From: a virus
Lineage: Duplodnaviria > Caudoviricetes
Length of the DNA stretch: 59,745 nt
Strand: one strand, 5' to 3'
Virus record (IMG/VR): IMGVR_UViG_3300017991_000121
Span: 1-59,745 of that record
The stretch's first letter is position 1. Every line of letters begins with the position of its first letter. The notes under the pieces are model-generated. The model was given only the letters and a program-made list of their open reading frames with translations. It was not told the origin of the DNA and did no database searches. A program made the position numbers and the translations under genes. Below, piece by piece: positions 46,261 through 55,376 of the stretch.

Positions 46261-47750
46261 ACCCACTCCAGGCAGAGGAACGTGCCCGGCTCCGCCTGCG
46301 GCAGCAGGTGCTCCGGGCGCGGCGGGACAGCGTGGAGTTCGTCCACCGGATCGGCCGCCAGGAGGGGGACCGGCCGATCCGCATGGGCAAGGTCCACGTG
46401 GAGTGGCACCGGCTCATGGACGAGCACGACCGGTGCGTCCTGTTCGCGCCGGTGGGCCACGGCAAGAGCAACCAGATCACCCGGTGGCGCCTGCTGTACG
46501 AGATGGGGCGCAACCCCAACATCCGCATCGGGGTGATCTCGGTGAGCAAGAGCGGCGTCCCCTCCAAGTTCCTGTCCGCGATCAAGGCGGACATCGAGAC
46601 CAACAAGTGGCTGCGGGTGGTGTTCCCCCACCTCAAGCGGCAGCGGAAGGGTCAGCGCATGTGGAACGACGAGGGGATCATCATTGAGCGCACCCTGTCC
46701 CTCCCCGACCCCACGGTCCAGATGTTCGGCCTGTACGGCAAGATCCTGGGCTCCCGCCTGGACCTGATCGTTATTGACGACATCTGCAACCTGGAGAACA
46801 CCATGACCGAGCGCTCCCGGGACAAGATGTGGGAGTGGGTGAGCGGCGAGGTGCTGTCCCGCCTGCCGCGGGAGAGCGGCCGCGTGTGGGCGGTGGGCCA
46901 CGTGTGGCACCGGGAGGACGTGCTCCACCGACTGTCCCGGATCGAGGGCTACCACACCCGCAAGTACAGCGCGTTTGTCCCTGCGGAGGTTGGCGAGGCG
47001 CCGTTGATCCCAGAAATGTGGTCGATCAGCGGCCTGCGCCGCCGGGAGCAGGAGCTTGGCCGCTTGGCGCCCAACATGCTCCGCAACGTGATCCCCGCCT
47101 ACGACGACGCCCGGATCAAGGCGTCGGCCATCGAGCGGTGCCTCCTCCGCGGCCGCGGCGAATCCCTCAAGGACTCGTGGAACCCGGCGGACAGCCCCAC
47201 GTTCACCGGGGTGGACTTGTCCGTGGCGAGCGGCACCGGGGGTGACCTGGCGTGTGTCTTCACCATCACCGTCCTCCCAGACGGCACCCGCCAGTTGCTC
47301 GACATCCGCGCCGGGCGGTGGACCGGGCCGCGGATCCTCCAGGAACTACTGGACGTGCATCGGCGGTTCGGTTCGCTGATCATGGTGGAGAACAACGCCG
47401 CGCAGGACTACCTGATCCAGTTCGCGGGGGAACTGTCCACCTTGCCCCTCAAGCGCCACACCACCACGGCGCGCAACAAGTACCACATGGCCTTCGGGAT
47501 CGAGTCCCTGGGGACGGAGTTCGACCAGGGGAAGTGGATGATTCCCTGCGACGACAACCTCGTGCCGCCGCCGGAGGTGGCCGAGTGGCTCCGAGAGTGC
47601 CAGGCCTACACCCCCAGGGAGCACACCGGCGACCGCCTGATCGCGTCCTGGATCGCGCGGGAGTGCGCCCGGCAGGCAGGGTACGCGGGAGGGGCCTGGA
47701 CGTACCAGGACGACGCGGTCTACACCAACGTGGACACCCTGGTGCGGTGA
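46257..47750 (+). CDS. terL: terminase large subunit
   Basis: Walker A APVGHGKS, Walker B LIVIDD, RNase H-like TGVDLS...D...VENNAAQ...HTGDRLIA. Confidence 0.9.
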   Translation: MNPLQAEERARLRLRQQVLRARRDSVEFVHRIGRQEGDRPIRMGKVHVEWHRLMDEHDRCVLFAPVGHGKSNQITRWRLLYEMGRNPNIRIGVISVSKSGVPSKFLSAIKADIETNKWLRVVFPHLKRQRKGQRMWNDEGIIIERTLSLPDPTVQMFGLYGKILGSRLDLIVIDDICNLENTMTERSRDKMWEWVSGEVLSRLPRESGRVWAVGHVWHREDVLHRLSRIEGYHTRKYSAFVPAEVGEAPLIPEMWSISGLRRREQELGRLAPNMLRNVIPAYDDARIKASAIERCLLRGRGESLKDSWNPADSPTFTGVDLSVASGTGGDLACVFTITVLPDGTRQLLDIRAGRWTGPRILQELLDVHRRFGSLIMVENNAAQDYLIQFAGELSTLPLKRHTTTARNKYHMAFGIESLGTEFDQGKWMIPCDDNLVPPPEVAEWLRECQAYTPREHTGDRLIASWIARECARQAGYAGGAWTYQDDAVYTNVDTLVR

Positions 47751-47752
47751 TC

Positions 47753-47767
47753 TGGTAGGGTACCCCC
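47753..47767 (+). promoter_or_regulatory. putative extended -10 element of a leaderless transcript
   Basis: TGGTAGGGT 6 nt before ATG 47768, no SD. Confidence 0.45.
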
Positions 47768-49636
47768 ATGGCAGAGCAGGGCTCCAGCGGCGTGATGCGC
47801 GACGGCAAGGTGGTCACCCTTGCCGACCATGCCGGCGCGGAGGCCGGCAACGGCTTGGTGCGGGAGTACCTGTCCGCCATGCGAGTCCTGGGCCTGGAGG
47901 AGGACGACCGGTGCGTCATGCTCCGCCACTGCCAGTCGTTCTACGACGGCACCCAGCACGACCACACCGGCATGGACTGGAACGGGATCCCCCGGGACCC
48001 CGGGGTGGGGTACCTCCACGAGCGGCTAAAGCCCCAGGGGTTCGTGCCGGTCAACTCCAGCCAGTACGCAGCGCGCAAGCCGGACGCCCCCGTCCCCTTG
48101 GCGCGCCAGGTGGTGTCTCGGTTCACGGAGATGCTCCTCGGTGAGGGGCGGTGCCCCTCAATCCGGGTTCCCAGTGACCCCGCGAGCGAGGAGTACCTGG
48201 AGGCGGTATTCAAGTGCGCCGATCTGTGGGACGTGCTCGCGGAGGCTCGCGATGTGGCGGGCGCGTGCGGAACCGCGGCGGTGGCGGTGGGGATCACCGC
48301 CGGATGGATCAACGCCGAGGTGCTCCACCCCCGCAACTTGTGGGTGGCCGAGTGGGACAACGACGACCCCGGGTGGGCGCCGCGGGTGGTGGTGGAGCAG
48401 TACAAGGCCACCGTCCAGGTGCTCGATGACGGGGACGACGGCAACGGGCGCCTCAAGAGCGTGGACGTTTGGCGTACCCGCGCGTGGACCCCCGAGGAAG
48501 TGGTGTACTACGAGGACGTTCCGTGCGGCGACGTGCCCGACGACGGGATCCCCGAGCGAGAGCGCAAGCCCCACAAGTTCGGCGCGTGCCCCGTGGTGTG
48601 GTACCAGAACACCCGGGTCACCGCGTGCCCGGACGGCAAGCCCGACTGCGAGGGGACGTGGCCCCTCCTGGACAAGCTCGACCGCCTCCAGTCCCAGGTG
48701 TACAAGGCGGCCATCGCCAACACCGACCCCACCTTGGTGATCAAGGAGCCCCGGCACAGCCGTCGCCGCAACTCGATCATCCAGAAGGGGTCCACCGGCG
48801 CCATCCCCCTTCCCCCGGAGGGGTCGGCGGAGTACCTGGAGATGCAGGGCACGTCCGTCAAGGTGGGCCTGGAGGGGATCAACGCGCTGGTGAGCGAAGT
48901 CCTCCAGACGGTGGAGTGCGTGGTGATCTCCCCGGAGTACGCCAAGGCCTACCAGAGCGGCGAAGCCCTCCAGATTCTGTGGCGGTCCATGGAGAGCCGC
49001 GCCAACCGCCTCCGCGTCACCCTGGGCACCGCGATCCAGCGCCTGTGCTGGCTGATCCTGGAGGTGGGGACGGCCCACAAAGTGGCCAACGTGGAGGTGG
49101 TGGACCTCTCCAACCCGGAGAACTACCGCGGCCAGATCCTCCTGCCCCCGCGGCGAGTGGTGGAGGAGCCCGAGCCCCCAGACCCCCCGGAGCCCGGGGA
49201 GCCCCCGCCGCCCAAGCCCGAACCTGTGGTCACGTGGGAGCCCCACGACCCTGGCAACGCCCAAGCGCACGTGGTGCTGGACTGGCCGCCGTACTGGACC
49301 CCCACGGCCCAGCAGATCCTCGCGAGCGCCCAGGCCATGGCCACGGCCACCACCGCCAAGCAGATCATCAGCGCCGAGACCGCCACCCGCCACCTGGCCC
49401 AGATGATGGGCCATGACGGGGACGAGGAGGTGCGCCTCCTGGAGGCCGAGAAGGACAGCGGCATGGCCAAGATGATGGCCATGGGCGCCACCCTCAACGG
49501 GGTCCCGGACGACGTAGACGACGACGAGGACGAGGACGATGGGGACGGGGACGGCGACGGTGACGACGAGCCGCGGCCGCCCCAAAACCCCGCCAACGCA
49601 GCCCAGGCGGACGGGGACGGTGATGGTGACGCGTGA
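47768..49636 (+). CDS. portal protein (SPP1 gp6-like)
   Basis: FYDG, LARQVVSRFTEMLLG, PHKFGACPVVWYQN, SGEAL motifs; follows terL. Confidence 0.85.
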   Translation: MAEQGSSGVMRDGKVVTLADHAGAEAGNGLVREYLSAMRVLGLEEDDRCVMLRHCQSFYDGTQHDHTGMDWNGIPRDPGVGYLHERLKPQGFVPVNSSQYAARKPDAPVPLARQVVSRFTEMLLGEGRCPSIRVPSDPASEEYLEAVFKCADLWDVLAEARDVAGACGTAAVAVGITAGWINAEVLHPRNLWVAEWDNDDPGWAPRVVVEQYKATVQVLDDGDDGNGRLKSVDVWRTRAWTPEEVVYYEDVPCGDVPDDGIPERERKPHKFGACPVVWYQNTRVTACPDGKPDCEGTWPLLDKLDRLQSQVYKAAIANTDPTLVIKEPRHSRRRNSIIQKGSTGAIPLPPEGSAEYLEMQGTSVKVGLEGINALVSEVLQTVECVVISPEYAKAYQSGEALQILWRSMESRANRLRVTLGTAIQRLCWLILEVGTAHKVANVEVVDLSNPENYRGQILLPPRRVVEEPEPPDPPEPGEPPPPKPEPVVTWEPHDPGNAQAHVVLDWPPYWTPTAQQILASAQAMATATTAKQIISAETATRHLAQMMGHDGDEEVRLLEAEKDSGMAKMMAMGATLNGVPDDVDDDEDEDDGDGDGDGDDEPRPPQNPANAAQADGDGDGDA

Positions 49637-52600
49637 GCGCCGAGATCCGCGAGCTGTTCCAGGCGCAGTCTGACGCGGTCCAGAACCTGTCCGCCCAGGC
49701 GCAAAAGCGCGCCCTACGGATCACCCAGGCGCGCCTCAAGGCGATCCGCAAGGAACTCCAGCGCCTGGAGCCTGGGTCGTGGGGGTACGCGTCCCGCGCG
49801 GCCACCATGCGCCAGTTGCAGGTAGCCGTGGGGGAACTGGCGGTCCTCCAGGGCCAGGCCCTCCAGGGCCACCTCCGCAAGGTGGGCGGGGTGTCGGCCC
49901 GCACCGCGGCCCAGACCCTGCGCCAACTGGACAAGCACTACGCAGGGGTGGTGCGCCCCCTTCGGTTCGACACCACCCGGTGGATCACGGAGAACGCCCA
50001 GATGGCAAGCCAGGTGCGCCTCCGGGAGTACAGCCAGTCCTTTGCTCGGTACGGCTCCCGCACCGTGTCCCGGATCGAGGAGGAGATCGCCGGCACCATT
50101 CTCACCGGGGAACCCTGGTGGAAGGCGCGGCAGAAAGTGTGGCAGGCCACCCGGCACGTCGTTGGGGATAACCAGTGGATGGTGGATCGGATCTGCCGCA
50201 CGGAGACGGCGGCCGCGTACAACGGCACCCAACTGGCCGCCATGATGGAGGAGGACGTAGACCCCGACGACCGCATGATGAAGCGCCTGGTGGCCACGTT
50301 CGACGGGCGGACGGGCAAGGACTCCGTGATGCTCCACGGTCAGACGGTGCCTGTGGACAAGCCGTTCGTGGACCCCTACTTCGGCAAGGAGTACATGGCG
50401 CCGCCCAACCGCCCCAACGACCGCGAGGTGATCGTCCCGTGGCGCCAGTCCTTCGGGGAGATGTACGCCGGGGGGAGCGAGGGGTTCATCGCGGACACCG
50501 CCGCCACGGACGAGTGGGGCGGCCCCGTGGTGGTGGCCGAAGGCAAGATGAGCGCCGCGGTTCAGCGGCGGCTCCGAGACCTGGCCAAGCGGAGCGCACA
50601 GCCCCGGAGCCTGGACGAGATCCGCCGCCAGATGGTCCGGGGGCAACTGGCCGACCTCCGCCGCCAGATGGACCAGTACCTCAAGATGCGCACGGGGATG
50701 ACCGCGGAGGAGGCCCTTCGCCTGGACACCACCCTCACCGGCCTTCGGCGGTCCATCGCTGGCCTGGAGGACGAGGGGGTGATGCTCGACCTGCGGATCG
50801 CGGACGCCAAGGCCAAGTTGGACATGCCCGAGGGGACGTTCGCCAAGACCCACGCGGCGGCGGAGTACGGGGTCAACCCCAAGACGGTCAACGCGGCGGT
50901 GAAGAAGGGGGACCTCAAGTACATCGACGTGGAACTGCCTGGGGGGCGCGTGGTCAAGGGCTTCGACGCGCAGGAGTTCCACGAGTGGGCGCGGGACGCC
51001 AAGAAGGTCCGGGGGTGGGACAAGCCCTTCCCGCCCAAGCCCCCGCCCCGCAAGCCCATCCACAAGCCCAAGCCCCCCACCCCGCCCAAGCCCCCGGACC
51101 CAGTGCCGCCGCGGCCGCCCAAGGTCCCCACGGTGGACGGGGTGGCCGTCACCGATGGCCGCCTCACGATCACCCGCGCGGGCGCGTCGGTGCAGGACAC
51201 GTGGGGGATCAACCCCAAGGCGATCAAGGCCGCCATCGACAGCGGGGACCTCAAGCTGATCAAGGTGGTGGGCCCTGACGGCAAGAAGACCAAGGGGTTC
51301 GACGCGGCGGAGTTTCAGGTGTGGGCCCGGGACGCCAAGAAGAAGCGGGGGTGGAAGGGGGACCACCCCGACATCACCGGCGGCAAGGTGGCCCCCAAGC
51401 CGGAACCGGGACCCAAGACCCCGCCCAAGCCCGCGCCCAAGCCCAAGGGGAAGGGCAAAACCGAGCCCAAGCCCAAGGCGCCCAAGCGCGTCCTGATCAG
51501 CAAGACCAAGGCCGCCAAGGAGGTGGGGGTGCCGGCCAAGGACATCAAGGCCGCCGTGGCCCGGGGTGAGTTGACGGAGTACGGGGCCAAGAAGCAACTG
51601 GACCTGGAGGAGGTCAAGGCCTGGGCCGCCAAGCACCAGGCCGGGCCCAAGCCCGGCAGGGCCATGGACCCCGCGCGGCGACCGGGGGCGTGGCGAGACA
51701 AGACCGCCACGGACATCATCGACCGCAAGGAACTTCTCCGCGCCACCAAGCGGATCGACGCGGACGACCTCAAGGAGGGAGCGGAGGTTCTGTGGAAGGG
51801 GAACATCCCCGCCCGGGTCAAGGAGATCGACGGCCAGTATGTGGTCCTGGACGTGGGCGGCGGCGCCACCATCGAGACCGCGATGGAACGGTACTCCGTC
51901 ACCCTGTACACCGACAGCGCCGCGTTCCGCCGCCACCTGGGGGAGCCCAAGTCCAAGATCGAAGCCCTGCGGCGAGCCCAGGCGCGGATGGAGGCCCACC
52001 ATCACCAGGCTCGCCGCGGGAGTCCTGCGGATCGCTTGTACCGGGACGTGGGGGACAGCCGCCCGGACCTGGCCCAGGCGCGCACCGACGCGCGGGTGGC
52101 CGAGTTCAAGCAGGATCTCACCCGTGAGTTCCGGGTGGCGTACTCCGACGCCAAGATGGCCTCCACCGCGGATGGGGCCGGGCAGTTGCAGATCGGCAAG
52201 CCCCCCGACCTCCCCGAAGGCCTGCGGAGTCCAGTGGGGATGCGGCGTGATGGCAAGCCCGACGCACTGGCGTACCAGCCCGTGGAGGTGCGCAAGGAGG
52301 TGCAACGGCGCGCCAAGGCGGCCGGGAAAGTCCAAGGCCCCTCCCCCGAGTGGCGCGTGTTCGTGGAGGACACCCTCCAGGCGATGCACAAGGAGCGATC
52401 CGCGGTGGTCCGCAAGGCCATCGACGCCGATGAGGCCACGTTCATGGCGTCCAGAAAGCGCCAGCGGAAGGCCATGGCGGAACACGCCCGCAGGGGCCGC
52501 AAGTCCGACTACGCCCCCAAGCGGCTGGACGAGTGGGAGGAGATCGGCACGGAGATCCGCGGGACCGTGGCCCGGGAGACCCGCCAGTTGGTGGAGGACG

Positions 52601-53295
52601 TGGCGTGGGCGCCAGACCAGATCGACTGGATTCAGGCCCTCCCGCCCAAGGACGAGAGCGGGGGGACGTTCGCGTTCTGCGGCCCCGGCGGCGGGTATGG
52701 CGGGGACACCGCGGAACTCATGGCCAACGGCCAGCGGCGCCCCTTGACGTACTTCGGGTACGGCCAACGGTCCATGGGCAACCGCGCCCAGGTGATGCAC
52801 AACTGGGAGCCGGGGGTGTTGGCCCACGCCGATGGGAAGATCGCCCACAACGCCATCCCCCGCGGCAAAGCCCGCAAGAAGCTCATGGACGACCTGGCCG
52901 ACGCGGGGGTCACGGGCAAGGACGCCCACGCCGAGATCGCGCGATCGGCCGTGGTCCGCCACGAGTTCGGCCACGCCGTGGACCACAACCTCCAGCACCT
53001 GGCCCGCCAGGGCAACGCGGAGGCCCAGGCCGTCCTGGACTTGTGGGAGAACGCGGTCAAGCAGGTCAACCGGGCCACGTGGCCGGACCTGGGCGGCCGC
53101 CCCGGCAAGAAACTGCGCCACGACGCCGAGCCCAAGGACGGGACGTGGGGCCAGTTGAGCCGGTACGCGTCGAGCAACCCCCGGGTGGAGGGTCTGGCCG
53201 AGGCCTTCGCCATGGCCACGTTCGGGGACTGGGACACCATCCCCAAGCCCCTCCACCGACCCCTCCAGATCATGCTCGGCCTTCTCAAGCCGTGA
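49633..53295 (+). CDS. MuF (SPP1 gp7-like) minor head protein fused to HTH-like repeats and a C-terminal zincin domain
   Basis: RICRTETAAAYN...DGRT...LHGQ...PPNRPNDR MuF core; VVRHEFGHAVD...SRYASSN...EGLAEAFA. Confidence 0.85.
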   Translation: MSAEIRELFQAQSDAVQNLSAQAQKRALRITQARLKAIRKELQRLEPGSWGYASRAATMRQLQVAVGELAVLQGQALQGHLRKVGGVSARTAAQTLRQLDKHYAGVVRPLRFDTTRWITENAQMASQVRLREYSQSFARYGSRTVSRIEEEIAGTILTGEPWWKARQKVWQATRHVVGDNQWMVDRICRTETAAAYNGTQLAAMMEEDVDPDDRMMKRLVATFDGRTGKDSVMLHGQTVPVDKPFVDPYFGKEYMAPPNRPNDREVIVPWRQSFGEMYAGGSEGFIADTAATDEWGGPVVVAEGKMSAAVQRRLRDLAKRSAQPRSLDEIRRQMVRGQLADLRRQMDQYLKMRTGMTAEEALRLDTTLTGLRRSIAGLEDEGVMLDLRIADAKAKLDMPEGTFAKTHAAAEYGVNPKTVNAAVKKGDLKYIDVELPGGRVVKGFDAQEFHEWARDAKKVRGWDKPFPPKPPPRKPIHKPKPPTPPKPPDPVPPRPPKVPTVDGVAVTDGRLTITRAGASVQDTWGINPKAIKAAIDSGDLKLIKVVGPDGKKTKGFDAAEFQVWARDAKKKRGWKGDHPDITGGKVAPKPEPGPKTPPKPAPKPKGKGKTEPKPKAPKRVLISKTKAAKEVGVPAKDIKAAVARGELTEYGAKKQLDLEEVKAWAAKHQAGPKPGRAMDPARRPGAWRDKTATDIIDRKELLRATKRIDADDLKEGAEVLWKGNIPARVKEIDGQYVVLDVGGGATIETAMERYSVTLYTDSAAFRRHLGEPKSKIEALRRAQARMEAHHHQARRGSPADRLYRDVGDSRPDLAQARTDARVAEFKQDLTREFRVAYSDAKMASTADGAGQLQIGKPPDLPEGLRSPVGMRRDGKPDALAYQPVEVRKEVQRRAKAAGKVQGPSPEWRVFVEDTLQAMHKERSAVVRKAIDADEATFMASRKRQRKAMAEHARRGRKSDYAPKRLDEWEEIGTEIRGTVARETRQLVEDVAWAPDQIDWIQALPPKDESGGTFAFCGPGGGYGGDTAELMANGQRRPLTYFGYGQRSMGNRAQVMHNWEPGVLAHADGKIAHNAIPRGKARKKLMDDLADAGVTGKDAHAEIARSAVVRHEFGHAVDHNLQHLARQGNAEAQAVLDLWENAVKQVNRATWPDLGGRPGKKLRHDAEPKDGTWGQLSRYASSNPRVEGLAEAFAMATFGDWDTIPKPLHRPLQIMLGLLKP

Positions 53296-53326
53296 CAACG
53301 CCGGCGCCAAGGCGCAAGGTGGGACC

Positions 53327-53605
53327 ATGGCAGAGCCCCAAGACCCCGGCCCCGTGGTGGACTACAACCCGATTTGCCGACACTGCATCCACTCCGGCGC
53401 CGGCAACGGCGAGGCCAAGTGGGACTGCGGCGCGTACCCCGATGGCGTCCCCCTGCGGATCCTCCAAGGTGACCCCCACGTGGGGGTGGCGAGCGACCAG
53501 GCAGGCACCCAGACTTTCACCCCGATCCCCTACATGATCCCCACCCTGCGCGGGATGGTGGCGGAGGGGGAACTGCCGCGGAAAGTGCTCTCCGCGCTGG
53601 GTTAG
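53327..53605 (+). CDS. small Cys/His protein, candidate partner or immunity protein of the MuF toxin
   Basis: CRHC...CGAYPDGVP..IL...H...D....F pattern; directly after the MuF gene. Confidence 0.6.
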   Translation: MAEPQDPGPVVDYNPICRHCIHSGAGNGEAKWDCGAYPDGVPLRILQGDPHVGVASDQAGTQTFTPIPYMIPTLRGMVAEGELPRKVLSALG

Positions 53606-53613
53606 CCGGCATC

Positions 53614-53669
53614 CCCCGCGCCGCGGCGCCCTTGCTCGTGCCAGGAGGTGAGTTGACCGCGGCGCGGGG
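53614..53669. repeat. 13-bp perfect inverted repeat at the end of the late block
   Basis: CCCCGCGCCGCGG (53614-53626) and CCGCGGCGCGGGG (53657-53669). Confidence 0.6.
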
Positions 53670-53863
53670 TGGCCTTTCCCAACGCTGCGCAGGTCCGCGC
53701 GGCCGCGTCAACCCCCCGCGGCCACCCTGTGCGCGGGGTGGGCTACCCCCCAAAAGTGCGCGTTTTGCGCACCCCCACGGGGGACTCCTAGAGGATGGGC
53801 CCCGGCTCGACCCCGCTCCTCCAGGCCGCCGGGGCACCGTGCAGGGGGGCTGCGTCCCGTGTT

Positions 53864-53886
53864 CGGTTATTTGGTGAAAATAACCG
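53864..53886. promoter_or_regulatory. palindromic operator-like site in an AT-rich promoter region
   Basis: CGGTTATTT-GGTGA-AAATAACCG; TATATT at 53896. Confidence 0.55.
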
Positions 53887-53968
53887 GGGAGGGGGTATAT
53901 TTGAGACCCGGGGGACGGACCCCCGGGAGACACCACACCAACCCAAACCCAAGGAAACGAGACAGACC

Positions 53969-55345
53969 ATGCAGGACTACACCACCACCCTCACCCACCG
54001 CGAGCTTCTCAACATCATGATCGCCGCCTGGTTCACCCCCGGCCGGAAGGGCTCCGCCGCGGTTGCCACCAACGACACCGCCGCGCCCCGCGGCCGCTCC
54101 GCCGCCGACACCGCCGACACCCCGGACGCCGACACCGCCCCGACCGACGCCGCGTGGGTCCGGGAACACGGTGCCGCGATCCCCTTCGGACTCAACCTGC
54201 TGGTGTGGGATGAGCCCGGAACCGGGAAGACCTCCGCGGTGGAGTTGCTCGGCTGGGTGTGCGGGTTCGACCACGTCCAGACGATCGCCCTCAACAACCG
54301 TGCCCCGGAGGACGTGGGCGGCTACGCGGTGCCCAACAAGACCCGGACGGGGATGACCAAGCTCCCCGACGGGTGGGTGGACGCCGCCAACGGCGCCCGC
54401 CGCTCCCTGGTCGTGTTTGACGAGTTCACCGTGGACGAGGACCGCCAGGCCGCCGCCCTCCGGGTGTTCTCCGAGCGGATGGCCGGGGAGTTCCGCATCC
54501 TCCCCCACGTGCGCACCGTGGCGCTCGCCAACCCCCCGATGTGCGCCGCCACCCCTAACGAGATCACCCCGCCCAACGCCAACCGGTTCGGGCACTGCAC
54601 GTTCGTCCCCTTCAGTGAGGACGAGTTCGGTGACTGGCTGATCGCCGGCGCCGGGAGCCAGGAGATCGAGCAGATCGACCCCGACGCCCACGAGGCCCGC
54701 ATCCTGGCCGCCTGGCCCGAGGCGTTCGGTAAGGCCGCCGCCCTGGTCAAGGGGTACCTGCGCCGGTTCCCCCACCACCTCCACCAGATGCCCAAGGGCC
54801 AGGGGTTCCGCAACCCTGGTGACGGTGAGGAGGACAACCTCCGGTGGGCGAGCCGCCGGATCTGGGAGAACGTGGCCCGTGCCGTTGCCTCCGCCGAGTG
54901 CCACGGCCTCACGGAGGTGGAGACGGACTCGTTCATCGGGTTCTTCCTTCCCGCCGGTATCGCCGCGGGGTTCAACACTTTCCGCCGTGAGCAGGACATC
55001 CCGGAGCCCCGCGCCCTCCTGACGGGGAACGCCAAGTTCCGCATCACCCCCAAGGTGGACCGGACCTTCGCGGTGCTGGAGATGTGCGCCGGGTTCCTGG
55101 CCAACACCACGGACCCCGCACGGGTGGACATGGCCCGGGTGTGGTGGGGCCTGGCCGCTGAGGTGCTGGAGCACACCCACGGGGGGAAGGACTTTGTGGT
55201 CCCCTCCGCCAAGATCATGGCCCGGCCCAAGGCCAAGGGCGGCGCCGGGCTGGGACAGGACGTGGTCCCCGAGGCCGCCCCGGTGGTGACCGCCTTGTAC
55301 GACGTGCTCGCCGCGGAACGGGACGCCAAGCGGGCCGCCAAGTAG
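53969..55345 (+). CDS. MoxR-like AAA+ ATPase
   Basis: EPGTGKTS Walker A, PEDVGGY, LVVFDEF Walker B, LANPP, ANRFGH, SRRIWE; AAGGA RBS before ATG 53969. Confidence 0.85.
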   Translation: MQDYTTTLTHRELLNIMIAAWFTPGRKGSAAVATNDTAAPRGRSAADTADTPDADTAPTDAAWVREHGAAIPFGLNLLVWDEPGTGKTSAVELLGWVCGFDHVQTIALNNRAPEDVGGYAVPNKTRTGMTKLPDGWVDAANGARRSLVVFDEFTVDEDRQAAALRVFSERMAGEFRILPHVRTVALANPPMCAATPNEITPPNANRFGHCTFVPFSEDEFGDWLIAGAGSQEIEQIDPDAHEARILAAWPEAFGKAAALVKGYLRRFPHHLHQMPKGQGFRNPGDGEEDNLRWASRRIWENVARAVASAECHGLTEVETDSFIGFFLPAGIAAGFNTFRREQDIPEPRALLTGNAKFRITPKVDRTFAVLEMCAGFLANTTDPARVDMARVWWGLAAEVLEHTHGGKDFVVPSAKIMARPKAKGGAGLGQDVVPEAAPVVTALYDVLAAERDAKRAAK

Positions 55346-55376
55346 GACCACCACGGACTAGGAAAGGAACAGACCC

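Noticed and set aside
49507-49630. GACGGG/GACGAC-type short repeats
   Set aside because: Encode the acidic Asp-Gly tail of the portal; ordinary low complexity
49714-53328. 1204-aa minus-strand ORF (likewise 20461-23295, 28955-31102 and other long antisense ORFs)
   Set aside because: Shadow frames of high-GC sense genes; no motifs, and they fully overlap well-supported + strand genes
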